DNA from: Hyphomicrobiales bacterium
GTDB taxonomy: Bacteria > Pseudomonadota > Alphaproteobacteria > Rhizobiales > TMED25
Direction: 5' to 3'
NCBI GenBank assembly: GCA_965204565.1
Contig: CBDBEU010000003.1
Span: 591,305 to 655,304 of the forward strand
Length of the DNA: 64,000 nucleotides
Part shown: in pieces, positions 31,148 to 41,385 of the stretch
Numbering within the stretch: position 1 is the stretch's first letter
Layout: each line of letters opens with the position of its first letter
Program-made: the position numbers and the translations under genes
Notes under the pieces: model-generated
Databases searched by the model: none
What the model saw: the letters and a program-made list of their open reading frames with translations, nothing else
What the model was told of the DNA's origin: nothing

Positions 31148-31880
31148 GTTGGCTCACAGGCTGTTCCTGCACCAGATCAAGTCGCGCCCGCGCCGCCAGA
31201 AACTTCACATATTCGACCACCAGCAGGCTCGCCGCATGCGGGTTTTGCCACCAATGTTCAAGATCGACCGAAGAGGTCGAGATCGCATGGCCAATCAGAT
31301 GCACATCAGGCAATGCACGGCCGAGTTCGGCCAGGCTTCGCGGCATGTGGTAGCTTGATGTAACGATAATCAGCGAAGAATAACCCTGCTTGCGCGCCCA
31401 GACGGCGGTTTGTTCGGCATTGCCAATCGTATCGCGGGCATTGCGATCCAGATCGATACAGCAGCCGAACAGATCATTGCGGCCGCCTGAAAGTGCCGAT
31501 AGCGCGGATTTGGTGGTTTCGGGATGAACGCCGGAAATCAACAGGCGCTTGGCGAAACCGTCATCCAGCAGCCTTATCGCAACCGCCACCCGGTCTTGCC
31601 CGCCGGTAAACACCACAATGCCTTCGGCCTTGGCCGGAAGGGTGGAATCATGCGCGTCGCTGACCTCACCGGCGAATTCGACGAAACCGACCGCCAGCAC
31701 AACAATACCGATCACCGCAAGGCCGACCAGCGCGCGCGTCAGCACGCGTGCGGCCCGGCGCCCGGCATCACCGCCCCTTGCCGCACGGGTCGGCGCCCGC
31801 TCTTGTGTCGGATCATCTTTCAACATGGCCGTCAGACTAGCATTGCGCGCGCCGTCTTCGCCATTGCCGGTGCATGGCAA
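31125..31880 (-). CDS. YdcF/DUF218 family protein (ElyC/SanA-like); last ~7 codons and stop supplied by the IS1380 terminus
   Basis: …EGIVVFTGGQDRV…LLISGVHP…DTIGNAEQTAVW…LIIVTSSYHMPRS is the DUF218 pattern. An N-terminal TM segment is present. The start is uncertain (31880 or MLKDD at ~31823). Confidence 0.75.
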   Translation of the reverse strand: MPCTGNGEDGARNASLTAMLKDDPTQERAPTRAARGGDAGRRAARVLTRALVGLAVIGIVVLAVGFVEFAGEVSDAHDSTLPAKAEGIVVFTGGQDRVAVAIRLLDDGFAKRLLISGVHPETTKSALSALSGGRNDLFGCCIDLDRNARDTIGNAEQTAVWARKQGYSSLIIVTSSYHMPRSLAELGRALPDVHLIGHAISTSSVDLEHWWQNPHAASLLVVEYVKFLAARARLDLVQEQPVSQPHIPQVT

Positions 31881-31898
31881 GATCCATCAGGCGGTGGT

Positions 31899-32888
31899 TC
31901 AGCCAAGTGAGCGCAATACGCTCATCACTACCATTCGCGACGTCATCACCCCGGTCAGCGCCGCGCCAATAGCCACAAGCGAGAATAACGCATAGCCCGA
32001 CAGCGGCAGCGACAGCGAGCCAAACATCAGGCTTGATGGCGCACCGGTAAAACTGCCCGCGGCCACCGCGCCCGATAGTGTGTTGAGCGCCAGGAATGTC
32101 AGCACCGCAAAGCCTGAGCCAATGAGGCCGCTGATCAGCCCTAGCATCAAGAACCGCTTCTGGATCTGAAACGCTATGAAACTCTCCGTCGCACCGGTCA
32201 GATGCAGGACCTCAATGATCTCCCTGTTGCTGGCAATCGCGGCGCGTGTCGCGAAAATGATGATCGCCATTGTGGTGGCACCCACCAGTATGATCACCGC
32301 GAACGCCACCATCTGCAGCGATGCTGCCATCCTCGTCAGGCCAGACTGCCAGCGCCGGTGGTCGTCGATCGTGGCGCCTTCGACCGTGCTCTCCAGCGTG
32401 GTCGCGAGCTGCGCCAGATCAGGTGGGTTCTGGCGGTCGATCTCAACTGCGATCAGCCGCGGTATAGGCAGCTCTTCGAGCACCTGCGCCGAGCCCAGCC
32501 AGGGCTCCAGCAGGGCCGATGATTCGCGCGCGCTCATCGGGTCGGCGCTCATCACCCCTTGCGTGCTCATCAGAACGGTAATCGCTTCGTTGACCTGCAA
32601 CTCCACATCGACACCGTCCACCGGGCGCACCTGAACGGTTGCCTGGTTGGAGATGTCGGACGTCCATTCATCGATTTGATTGCGCACCAGGAGACTGGCG
32701 CCAAGCGTAATGCTGGCGAGATAGCACATCGCCGTCACCACCAAAAACAACGCCCTTCCGGCGATGCCGGAGGCAGGGATGATCGGCGAGGGTTTGGGCG
32801 CCAACGGGCGGTGCACGCGCTCGACAATGGGTGCGCGGGGGCGAACCTCGACCTCTTCGGGAGCGGGAATGGCCTGAGTTTCAGCCAT
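31899..32888 (-). CDS. ftsX: Cell division ABC transporter permease FtsX
   Basis: 329 aa with four TM segments and a large periplasmic loop. It overlaps ftsE by 8 nt, the conserved ftsE-ftsX order. Confidence 0.85.
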   Translation of the reverse strand: MAETQAIPAPEEVEVRPRAPIVERVHRPLAPKPSPIIPASGIAGRALFLVVTAMCYLASITLGASLLVRNQIDEWTSDISNQATVQVRPVDGVDVELQVNEAITVLMSTQGVMSADPMSARESSALLEPWLGSAQVLEELPIPRLIAVEIDRQNPPDLAQLATTLESTVEGATIDDHRRWQSGLTRMAASLQMVAFAVIILVGATTMAIIIFATRAAIASNREIIEVLHLTGATESFIAFQIQKRFLMLGLISGLIGSGFAVLTFLALNTLSGAVAAGSFTGAPSSLMFGSLSLPLSGYALFSLVAIGAALTGVMTSRMVVMSVLRSLG

Positions 32889-33540
32889 AAAGCTCGATCC
32901 CGCCGTGATTGAGAAGCAGGCGCGGTGCGCCGATCTGGTCCATCAATGCGACATCATGGGTCGCGATCAGGACCGATGTTCCAAGCTTGTGCAACTCGAC
33001 GAACAGCCGCAGCAGCCGGCGTGCCAGTTGCGGATCAACGTTACCTGTTGGTTCATCCGCAAGCAGGATTTCCGGCGCCCCGATCACTGCGCGCGCGATC
33101 GCCGCGCGTTGCTTTTCCCCACCCGACAGCACCTGCGGGCGCACATGGATACGCTCCCCCAGACCCACCCAGCGCAGCAGCTCCACGACATCGGAGCGAT
33201 ATGTCGCCTCGCTCTGTCCGCGCACTTTCAGCGGCAGCGCGACATTCTCAAAGGTGGTCAAATGATCCAGCAGCCTGAAATCCTGAAACACCACGCCGAT
33301 CCGCCGCCGCAGAAACGGCAGCTTGGAGCGCTGCAATGTGGCGACATCCTCGCCGAACAGCGAAATCAGGCCGCGTGTCGGCTTGAGCGACAAGAACAGA
33401 AGCTTCAGGAGTGACGTTTTGCCCGCCCCCGAATGCCCGGTCAGAAAATGGAAACTGCCCGGCGCCAGATGGAAACTGATATCGCGCAGGATCTCAGGTC
33501 CCATTCCATATCGAAGTCCGACGTTTTCAAGTCGTATCAC
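32881..33540 (-). CDS. ftsE: Cell division ATP-binding protein FtsE
   Basis: 219 aa with Walker A GHSGAGKTS, signature LSGGEKQR and Walker B ILLADEPTG. Confidence 0.9.
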   Translation of the reverse strand: MIRLENVGLRYGMGPEILRDISFHLAPGSFHFLTGHSGAGKTSLLKLLFLSLKPTRGLISLFGEDVATLQRSKLPFLRRRIGVVFQDFRLLDHLTTFENVALPLKVRGQSEATYRSDVVELLRWVGLGERIHVRPQVLSGGEKQRAAIARAVIGAPEILLADEPTGNVDPQLARRLLRLFVELHKLGTSVLIATHDVALMDQIGAPRLLLNHGGIELYG

Positions 33541-33664
33541 TTAATTGCCCGATCCTAGATTACGATGCCGACATTCAGTGATTCGCGCAGCCAACCTTAA
33601 CGGGACATTAAGACTATCGCGCCGAGATCATTGCACGGGAACCCAAAGCTGACACTGGTCCGCG

Positions 33665-34444
33665 ATAATAATCACCTGCCCGGGCTGCGCAACACGATAT
33701 GAGGTCCCCGAGACCGCATTCAGCAATGATGGCCAGCATGTGCGTTGCAAGGCGTGCTCTTTCATCTGGCATGCGGTGCCCGACGATGCAATACCCGCGA
33801 TCGACATCGCCGAAAACACCGCCAATGCAGAGTTCGGTGCCGGCGAGTCCGTCGCGGAAGAAATTGATCCCAGAGAACCCAATCCCGAATTCGATCTTGC
33901 CGCTCATCTGGTCGAAGCCGAGAGGCTTGAGTGCAATATTGCAAATATCAACCGCATCGCTACACGGCGTTCTTCAGTGCGTGCGCTCAAGTCCCGTGTT
34001 GGCCTGCCCGCCGGTTTGGCAGCGCTTGCTGCAACATTCTCCTTGGTTGCTGGTGCCGCCTATGAGTACCGCCAGGCGCTGGTGTGGGCGGTTCCGCAAA
34101 CCGCGATGTTTTATGAACTGGTTGGCCTTGAGGTCAATATTCGCGGCATGGAATTCGCCAATGTCGTGGTCGAGCGCGAATTCAAGAATGGCCTGCCGGT
34201 GCTGGCTGTAAGCGGCGAGATCGTCAATATCGCCGAGCGGTCATTGAAAGTGCCGCGATTGCGCTATGGATTGCGCGACCATAGCCAGCAGGAGATCTAC
34301 CATTGGACCATGGCGGTCGCCATCGGCCAGCTGGCACCGGAAGAGCGTGCACGCTTTCTCACCAAGCTGGCGACACCGCCAGCCGCCGCCCAGGATGTCG
34401 AGGTGATGTTCCACAATGTAGGCAGTCGCCGGGCCGGAAATTAG
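33665..34444 (+). CDS. MJ0042-type zinc-ribbon domain protein (membrane anchored), no canonical start codon for the full-length form
   Basis: The in-frame sequence from 33665 reads IIITCPGCATRYEVPETAFSNDGQHVRCKACSFIWH (CPxC…CxxC zinc ribbon). A stop at 33650-52 is followed by no ATG/GTG/TTG before GTG 33740, which lies after the first CxxC. Confidence 0.6.
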   Translation: MIITCPGCATRYEVPETAFSNDGQHVRCKACSFIWHAVPDDAIPAIDIAENTANAEFGAGESVAEEIDPREPNPEFDLAAHLVEAERLECNIANINRIATRRSSVRALKSRVGLPAGLAALAATFSLVAGAAYEYRQALVWAVPQTAMFYELVGLEVNIRGMEFANVVVEREFKNGLPVLAVSGEIVNIAERSLKVPRLRYGLRDHSQQEIYHWTMAVAIGQLAPEERARFLTKLATPPAAAQDVEVMFHNVGSRRAGN

Positions 34445-34485
34445 CGCTGTTCCGGCGCTTGCGCGCCAGTCCCAGAAAAACCGCG

Positions 34486-37143
34486 CTAGAAAAGCTCCAG
34501 CAACCTTTCGATATAATCGCGCTCAAGACTGCGCCTGAACGTGTCGCCGAGGCGGCGCTGCAATTCCTCGCGCAATCGCCGCGCGGTTTCCGCATCAATC
34601 TCGTCGGGGACCTTGACGGTCAGACCGAATTCCGGTCCGGAAGAGCGCATTGGCCAGCCGAGCGGGTCGGTCAATCCATTCTGGCTCGACTGGCCGGGCT
34701 GGCCGGGGCCCGTGCCCGCGCCGGGCGTCAGTCCTTGCGCCAGTTGCTCTGCCATCGATAGCGCGCCCTGGCGCAGCTGATCAAGCGCCTCACGCTGGTC
34801 GCCGACCGCGCTGTTATTGTCATTGGCGCGTAAATCGTCTTCCGCCTCGCCCATTTCACGCCCCGCACGGTCGAGTTGCGAGGGCGGATTGACGCCGCCT
34901 TGCGTCAACAGGTCGGCCAATGCCTTGAGTTCCTCGCGCAGCGCCTTTTGTTCATCGGCGAGCATCCTGCCGCCTCTATTGCCGCGTCCTGAGCCAAGCT
35001 CGCCAACCTGGCCGCTGCGGCTTTGTCCATCAAGGCGCTCACTGCCCATATTTCCGCTTTCCGGCTCACGGGGAACGCCGCCGGGTCTTGATTGCATGCC
35101 GCCCCGGCGCTCGCTGCCAAGGCCGGTCTGCGGCTGGCCGGCGCCAGGCTCCTGGTCCAAGCGGTAGGTTTCATCCATCAACTTCTGCTGTTCCTGGATC
35201 ATGCGGCCGATTTCGCCTAGCATCTCCGACATCAGCGATTGTTCCGGAGACATTTGCACCATCGCCGCGCCGTTGAGGTTTTCCAGAAGGTTTTGCAATT
35301 GCGCCAGCAACTGCTGCGCCGCATCGCGCGCTCCGGATTTGGCGAGCTGCTCGATCATGTCCATCATCTGCGACAGATCGCGCGTCTCCAGCATCCACCT
35401 GTCGACTTCCGGCACCCGTCCCGATGCCGTGGCCTGATCGCGCAGGGCCTGCATGAAGCGTGACAGCACCTGGCGCAGCTCGCTCATCAGGCGCTCGATT
35501 TCCTCATCGCTCGCCCCTTCCGCGAGCGCCCGGGCAAGCGCTTCACGCGCTGCGCGCAGCTCTCGCTCAGCCAGCGACAGATCGCCGTCCTCGATTCGCA
35601 GCGCCACATCCCACATCAGATCGACGACATCGCGCAGCTCTTCGTTTGTGGCGATGATTTCAGTGTGCAAATAGGCGGTGCGCAGGCCGAGATAGACCGA
35701 CAGATCCTTGATGAAAATTTCCGGCGCAATGGTCAGCGCATAAAGCGCGCGTTTCACGTGTGCAACTTCATGCGGAAGGCGTACCAGATCGCGGCGCTGC
35801 TCGATCACCGCCTTGGCGAACGGATTGACGAAGCGCCGCTCCGGCAAAGTCAGTGTCACCGCCCGGGAAAAACCCTCCTGGCCGGCTTCATCACGCGCAA
35901 CCAGAGTCATGGTGACCTCAAGCCCTGCCCAGGGGTGCGCTGTCAGGTCGCGAAACACCTCGCCGGTGGCCTCGCGCACCCTGACGCCCGGCAGCACCAG
36001 CGCGAAATCAGGCGGTGCGATTTCAAGCCGCAGGGATGTGGAAGGTGCGCCGGCAGTTTCAGGGGCGCTGCCCGCCGCATGCCTGAATCGCGCTTCGGCG
36101 GCCACGGCGCCGTAGTCATCGCTCACCGAGTAGACGATCTTGAGCGCCTGGTCGTCGGTGGTGCTGATATCTTCTGCAAGCTTGATCTCAGGCGCGAGGT
36201 CGGGTTTGGACACGAACGCCCATCTCAAATCCTCTGCTCCCGGCCTCGTCACCGTCAAAATCGTGTTCTGGTCGACCTTGGTCTTGAACTCTCCCGCATC
36301 GGCATCGCCTTCATAGGCGAATATTTGCGGTTCACTTTCGCTCGTCGGGGCAAACACCGCCTCACTTGCATTGTTGCCGTGAAAGCGCAGCACCAGCTCA
36401 CTACCCTCCGGAACTTCGACCGGCTCGTCCGGCACCCGCACCGAAGTCAGGGGATCTGAGCCATCGGCGAGGAACACCGGCGCCTTGCCGGTATAGACCG
36501 GCGGTGCGATCCAGGCATCGAGCCGCAATGGATCGCCTGCCAGTCCGCTTGGTGGCACCAGCGTGTCGGCAACCCGGCCCTGCCAGGTCGGACCGGCATA
36601 GGCGCCAGCAACCACCAGCGCCAAAACCAGCGCCACCCGCAACGCCCAAGGGTCGCGGTCGAGCAGCCGCGGCGATGGTGCGCGTACCCGCAAATTTTGG
36701 GCTTCCAGCGCCATGCGCTGCTTGTGCGCCTGCCAGACTGTTTGGGTGGCGGCATCGGGCGTGCCGGCAACCTGGTCTTCAAGCGCCGTTGCCGGATGGT
36801 GGCGGCTGATGCTTGCCAGATCGAGCCGGGCGCGTGCTTGCGCCCGGCTCGGCCATCCCAGCCGTGCCAGCGGCGCCAGCGAAATCCCCAATGCAATGAG
36901 AGCGAGCGCAAGGCCTCCATAATGCGCCCATGCCGGCAGCGCATTCCAAAGCCCGAACAGGGATGTGGCAATCATCAGCCCGGCTAGCCCAAGCGGCGGC
37001 CAAAGCGCCGGCCAGATCCGCTCCCAGGCGAGCGCCAGCCGCGACAAAGCGATTTTGCGGTCAAGCATGACGACAACCCGATCGCGCGTCGGGCGCGGCC
37101 GGGCAGTTCTGGCGGCTTTGCTGAGTACGAGCCTCAACTTCAA
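34486..37143 (-). CDS. TIGR02302/DUF4175 family large membrane protein
   Basis: 885 aa and uninterrupted, with N-terminal TM segments and a long Ala/Glu/Arg/Leu-rich C-terminal half. It occupies the conserved position between ftsE and lysA seen in Rhizobiales (from memory). Confidence 0.8.
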   Translation of the reverse strand: MKLRLVLSKAARTARPRPTRDRVVVMLDRKIALSRLALAWERIWPALWPPLGLAGLMIATSLFGLWNALPAWAHYGGLALALIALGISLAPLARLGWPSRAQARARLDLASISRHHPATALEDQVAGTPDAATQTVWQAHKQRMALEAQNLRVRAPSPRLLDRDPWALRVALVLALVVAGAYAGPTWQGRVADTLVPPSGLAGDPLRLDAWIAPPVYTGKAPVFLADGSDPLTSVRVPDEPVEVPEGSELVLRFHGNNASEAVFAPTSESEPQIFAYEGDADAGEFKTKVDQNTILTVTRPGAEDLRWAFVSKPDLAPEIKLAEDISTTDDQALKIVYSVSDDYGAVAAEARFRHAAGSAPETAGAPSTSLRLEIAPPDFALVLPGVRVREATGEVFRDLTAHPWAGLEVTMTLVARDEAGQEGFSRAVTLTLPERRFVNPFAKAVIEQRRDLVRLPHEVAHVKRALYALTIAPEIFIKDLSVYLGLRTAYLHTEIIATNEELRDVVDLMWDVALRIEDGDLSLAERELRAAREALARALAEGASDEEIERLMSELRQVLSRFMQALRDQATASGRVPEVDRWMLETRDLSQMMDMIEQLAKSGARDAAQQLLAQLQNLLENLNGAAMVQMSPEQSLMSEMLGEIGRMIQEQQKLMDETYRLDQEPGAGQPQTGLGSERRGGMQSRPGGVPREPESGNMGSERLDGQSRSGQVGELGSGRGNRGGRMLADEQKALREELKALADLLTQGGVNPPSQLDRAGREMGEAEDDLRANDNNSAVGDQREALDQLRQGALSMAEQLAQGLTPGAGTGPGQPGQSSQNGLTDPLGWPMRSSGPEFGLTVKVPDEIDAETARRLREELQRRLGDTFRRSLERDYIERLLELF

Positions 37144-37194
37144 CGATCAACTCCAAGTTGCCCGAAGTCTATCACATCTGATTTGGGGTGCCGC

Positions 37195-38493
37195 TCACAT
37201 TGTCGCCAGTCGGGAATCCCTTCCGGCCGGCTTTTCCAGCCATGGCGCCACCCGGTCGAGAGCGATCAGCTCCTCGATTGTCTGGCGCGGTCGCACCACC
37301 GCATATTCGCTCCCATGCACCAGCACCTCTGCGATCAGGGGCCGTGTATTGTAGGTGCCAGACTGTACCGCGCCGTAAGCCCCGGCGGTTGTAAATGCGA
37401 TCAGATCTCCTGGTTCAAGCTCCGGCAATTCGCGATCACGCGCCAGATAGTCGCCAGTTTCACATACCGGCCCGACAACATCATGGCGCTGCGTTGGTCC
37501 GCCAGGCGCCTCACGCACGGTCAGGATGTCGTGATGGGCCTCGTAGAGCGTCGGCCGGATCATGTCATTCATCGCCGCATCGACAATGAGGAAGGATTTT
37601 GCCTCCCCGTGCTTCACATTGACCACGCGGGTGACCAGAAGCCCGGCATTTCCCGCGATCATGCGTCCAGGCTCGAGCATCAGGCGTGCACCGATGCCGC
37701 CAAGTACCGAAAGCACCATCTTGGCGTAGTCCTGCGGATGCGGCGGGGTGTCGCCATCGCGATAGGGAATACCGAGACCGCCGCCAAGATCGAGGTGATC
37801 GATGCTGTGCCCCTCGCCGCGCAGCCGTCCAACCAGATCGGCCATCAAAGTGAAGGCGGCGCGGAACGGCTCAAGATCGGTGATCTGACTGCCGATATGC
37901 AACGCAACACCGGTGACTTTGAGACCTTCCAGCTCGCGCGCCTGTCGGTAGAGTCGCGGCGCATCGTCATAGGCGATGCCGAACTTGTTTTCTGCCCGCC
38001 CGGTGGTGATCTTGTGATGGGTGCCGGCATCGACATCCGGATTGACCCTCAGCGAGATCGGCGCGGTCAGGCCCTTTTCGCGCGCAATCGCCGAAATCAG
38101 TCCGAGCTCCAGTTCAGATTCGACATTGATCGAAAATACCCCGTCATCAAGCGCGGCAGCAATCTCGGCGGCCGTCTTGCCGACGCCAGAATAGACAATG
38201 CGGTCACCGTCGACGCCGGCGGCAAGCGCGCGCGCCAGCTCGCCACCCGAAACCACGTCCATGCCCGCGCCAAGCCGCGCCAGTGTCATCAGCACCGACT
38301 GGTTGGAATTGGCCTTCATGGCGTAGCATATGCGTGCATCCGCGCCCGCAAATGCATCCGCGAACACGCCATAGTGCCGCTCCAGCGTCGCCGTCGAATA
38401 ACAATAGAACGGTGTGCCGATGGCATCGGCGATCTTGGCGACAGCGACCGCCTCGGCGTGAAGCATCCTGCCGCGATAATCAAAATGATGCAT
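37195..38493 (-). CDS. lysA: Diaminopimelate decarboxylase
   Basis: 432 aa with PLP fold-III decarboxylase motifs (…YAMKANSN…, …HIGSQ…, …GGGLGIPY…, …CETGD…). Confidence 0.95.
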   Translation of the reverse strand: MHHFDYRGRMLHAEAVAVAKIADAIGTPFYCYSTATLERHYGVFADAFAGADARICYAMKANSNQSVLMTLARLGAGMDVVSGGELARALAAGVDGDRIVYSGVGKTAAEIAAALDDGVFSINVESELELGLISAIAREKGLTAPISLRVNPDVDAGTHHKITTGRAENKFGIAYDDAPRLYRQARELEGLKVTGVALHIGSQITDLEPFRAAFTLMADLVGRLRGEGHSIDHLDLGGGLGIPYRDGDTPPHPQDYAKMVLSVLGGIGARLMLEPGRMIAGNAGLLVTRVVNVKHGEAKSFLIVDAAMNDMIRPTLYEAHHDILTVREAPGGPTQRHDVVGPVCETGDYLARDRELPELEPGDLIAFTTAGAYGAVQSGTYNTRPLIAEVLVHGSEYAVVRPRQTIEELIALDRVAPWLEKPAGRDSRLATM

Positions 38494-38502
38494 GGGTTCC
38501 GC

Positions 38503-38640
38503 TCAGATCAGCGGATCGAGCACAAACGGATCGTCACTTGGCGGTGGCGCGTTGGCGGGCGCCTCAAGTGAATCTTTAACGCCGCACGCGCCGAGCGTGA
38601 GCATGATAACAATGATCAGGACTGCTGGAATCCGTGCCAT
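38503..38640 (-). CDS. Small lipoprotein
   Basis: MARIPAVLIIVIMLTLGACG carries the lipobox LGAC. 45 aa, lying between argH and lysA. Confidence 0.6.
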   Translation of the reverse strand: MARIPAVLIIVIMLTLGACGVKDSLEAPANAPPPSDDPFVLDPLI

Positions 38641-38684
38641 TCGGGTCTCGCCTACCGGTTCAGGAAACGCCGGGTCCGTTCTTA

Positions 38685-40082
38685 TTATCTCTTGTCGGCT
38701 TCGGTTTCCAGTCTTGCGATCCATTCTTGTGCCCGCATGCGCACTTCTTCCGGTGCCGTGCCGCCGTGCGAGGTGCGGCTGGCAACCGCATTTTCCACCG
38801 AGAGCACCGACTGAACCTGTTTGGTGATCTTGGGTTCGATCTGTTGCAGCGCCTCGATCGGAAGTTGATCAAGGCGGACGCCGCGCTCATCGGCAAGCGC
38901 AACAATGCGCCCGGTAATGTGATGGGCCTGGCGAAACGGCAGGCCAAGCGCCCGCACCAGCCAGTCGGCAAGATCGGTCGCTGTCGAAAAGCCCTGTGCG
39001 GCAGCGTCAAGCAACCTTGCTTTCTGCGGCTCCATGTCCGCGACCATGCCGGTCATCGCAGTGATCGACAGATCAAGAGTGTCCAGCGCATCGAACATCG
39101 CCTCCTTGTCCTCCTGCATGTCTTTGCCATAGGCCATGGGCAGGCCCTTGAGCACGGTCAGCAGAGTCACCAGCGAGCCGACGACGCGTCCGGACTTGGC
39201 GCGAACCAGTTCTGCCGCGTCTGGATTGCGTTTTTGCGGCATGATTGACGAGCCGGTGGTGAACCGGTCAGACAGGGCCACAAAGCCGAACTCCGCCGAC
39301 GACCAGATGACGGTTTCCTCGGCCAGCCGCGATAGATGTATGGACGTGATCGCCGCTACAGCCAGCACTTCGAGTGCAAAATCACGCGCCGAAACCGCAT
39401 CCAGCGCATTGCCCATCGGTTTTGAAAACCCGAGCGTTTCCGACGTCATCCCGCGATCAATCGGAAACGAGGTGCCAGCAAGCGCCGCCGCGCCCAGCGG
39501 ACATTCGTTGAGCCGCGCGCGTACATCACCTAGCCGGCCGCGGTCGCGCGCCGCCATTTCGACATAGGCAAGCAGATGATGGCCGAACGTAATCGGCTGC
39601 GCCGTCTGCAAGTGCGTAAAGCCGGGCATGATGGTGCCCGCGTGCTCGAGCGCCTTGCTCGCGAGCGCGTTCTGATAGCGCTTGAGCGCCGCATCGATGC
39701 CATCGACCGCCTCGCGCACGAACAATCTGAGATCGGTTGCCACCTGATCGTTGCGTGAGCGTGCCGTGTGCAGCCGTTCTGCCGCCTCACCGATGATTTC
39801 GCTGAGCCGTGCCTCGACATTCATGTGAATGTCTTCCAACTCCGCCGAGGTTTCAAACGTGCCAACCTCGACCTCTCGCAGGATTGTGTCTAGACCTTGT
39901 GCGATCAGCCGGGCATCTTCAGCGCTGATGATGCCGGTTGCGGCAAGCATCGCTGCATGCGCCTTGGAGCCTTGAATGTCCTGGGGCGCGAGGCGCTTGT
40001 CGAAATTGATCGAGGCGTTGATGACCTGCATGATCGCGTCGGGTCCGGCTGAGAACCTGCCGCCCCACATTTCATTGCTCAT
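38685..40082 (-). CDS. argH: Argininosuccinate lyase
   Basis: 465 aa: [15 protein letters not shown]…, the fumarate-lyase signature region [12 protein letters not shown]. Confidence 0.95.
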   Translation of the reverse strand: MSNEMWGGRFSAGPDAIMQVINASINFDKRLAPQDIQGSKAHAAMLAATGIISAEDARLIAQGLDTILREVEVGTFETSAELEDIHMNVEARLSEIIGEAAERLHTARSRNDQVATDLRLFVREAVDGIDAALKRYQNALASKALEHAGTIMPGFTHLQTAQPITFGHHLLAYVEMAARDRGRLGDVRARLNECPLGAAALAGTSFPIDRGMTSETLGFSKPMGNALDAVSARDFALEVLAVAAITSIHLSRLAEETVIWSSAEFGFVALSDRFTTGSSIMPQKRNPDAAELVRAKSGRVVGSLVTLLTVLKGLPMAYGKDMQEDKEAMFDALDTLDLSITAMTGMVADMEPQKARLLDAAAQGFSTATDLADWLVRALGLPFRQAHHITGRIVALADERGVRLDQLPIEALQQIEPKITKQVQSVLSVENAVASRTSHGGTAPEEVRMRAQEWIARLETEADKR

Positions 40083-40111
40083 AGGTTCCTGTCGCTCTCC
40101 CGTGGGGACTG

Positions 40112-40753
40112 TTGTTAGTCGGGAGTTTGTCCTTGCCTAGATTGCCTGTCATCGTGGCGGTACTGATCGCCATAACCGCCATCTCGGCGCTAGCAGTAAG
40201 CGACGTATATGTGAATCAGGGGGGCAAACGCAATGTTTCTGGCCCGTCTGACCGCGTGGGCCAATCCTCCAAGCCGGTTGGTGACGGACCCCGGCTTGCC
40301 GCCTTTGTGCTGCATGAAAGCCCCAAACAGATCGCCGAAGCGCCCTTTCAAGCTGAAGACAGCAGCACCAGAATCCTTGCCGACTGGCAGGGCAAATGGG
40401 TGCTGGTCAATCTGTGGGCGACATGGTGCGCGCCCTGCCGCCACGAGATGCCGGCGCTCGACCGCCTTCAGGCGCGCCTCGGCGGTGATGATTTCGAGGT
40501 TGTGACGATCAACGTCGACCGCGGCGGCTTCGACAAGCCGAAGACATTCTTTGAAGAAATCGGCATCAAGCATCTGACGCTCTATAATGAGAAAACCTCT
40601 AGGATTTCAGCCAAATTCGGCGTTATCGGCATGCCGACAACTCTGCTGATTGATGCCGATGGCCGTGAAGTCGGCCGTTTGGCCGGACCGGCGGAGTGGG
40701 ATTCCACTGCCGCAATCGACATGTTGACGCGCGTTGCCGGACTGGGCTCGTGA
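40112..40753 (+). CDS. tlpA: TlpA-family thiol:disulfide interchange protein
   Basis: An N-terminal TM anchor is followed by a thioredoxin fold with WATWCAPC. It is divergent from argH. The start is TTG as given by the track. Confidence 0.85.
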   Translation: MLVGSLSLPRLPVIVAVLIAITAISALAVSDVYVNQGGKRNVSGPSDRVGQSSKPVGDGPRLAAFVLHESPKQIAEAPFQAEDSSTRILADWQGKWVLVNLWATWCAPCRHEMPALDRLQARLGGDDFEVVTINVDRGGFDKPKTFFEEIGIKHLTLYNEKTSRISAKFGVIGMPTTLLIDADGREVGRLAGPAEWDSTAAIDMLTRVAGLGS

Positions 40754-40856
40754 GATTGTTGCCGATTCACTTAGATCAAATAACTTATGCCCTGATGTCC
40801 ACATGACCGCCCGCGCCGGCAACTTCGGCATTGGCCTGTTTTGCAGACTCGGCTGC

Positions 40857-40985
40857 CTATTCCAAAAGCCTGACCATCACTTGGTCCTGCTGATGCGCCT
40901 GCTTGGCCATTTCGGTAGTAATTGCCGCAGCTGTCTGCGCGCGCTGGGCCGCAACTGCGCTTGCGGTAAGACTGGCGATTTTCAT
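40857..40985 (-). CDS. 42-aa microprotein resembling YjfB-type 'putative motility protein'
   Basis: Hand translation gives MKIASLTASAVAAQRAQTAAAITTEMAKQAHQQDQVMVRLLE, with ATG at the complement of 40983-85 and TAG at the complement of 40857-59. It is below the track's size cut-off. The similarity is from memory and weak. Confidence 0.35.
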   Translation of the reverse strand: MKIASLTASAVAAQRAQTAAAITTEMAKQAHQQDQVMVRLLE

Positions 40986-41070
40986 GGTGACGTGGCTCCC
41001 CCCGCTCCGCGCTCACTGTGGACCCGTCATGCTCAATGAAAGGTCAAGCAGGAGCCCGAAGCCTCCAGCC

Positions 41071-41385
41071 TCAGAAGAGCCGCGTATAGGCGTGCGCTAC
41101 CACCTGCTGTGTCGGTTGCTGGCTGATATCGAGGGGCAGGATTTCCTGTAGCTGGAGAATTGATTTCTCCAGCTTCGCCACCCTGATCGTTTCTTTGGAA
41201 TTGAGTTGCAGTTTCACGCTCGTATGATTGTTGATCAGCTCGGTCAGATCGTCATAGAGTTCTCGCTCGGAGTTTGACGGCGCTGAGACCGGGCGCGGCG
41301 GCGTTAGGCCGTCAATCAGAGCACTGACGCTTTGAAACGGAGAGCAGCGTCGGGCTTTCCGGATTAGCGTTGAGATTTCCCTCAA
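41071..41385 (-). CDS. Hypothetical protein (possibly the displaced C-terminal part of the upstream ORF)
   Basis: It has a TTG start. The distal part, ERELYDDLTELINNHTSVKLQLNSKETIRVAKLEKSILQLQEIL, looks protein-like and coiled-coil. It overlaps the stop of 41382..41924. Confidence 0.35.
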   Translation of the reverse strand: MREISTLIRKARRCSPFQSVSALIDGLTPPRPVSAPSNSERELYDDLTELINNHTSVKLQLNSKETIRVAKLEKSILQLQEILPLDISQQPTQQVVAHAYTRLF

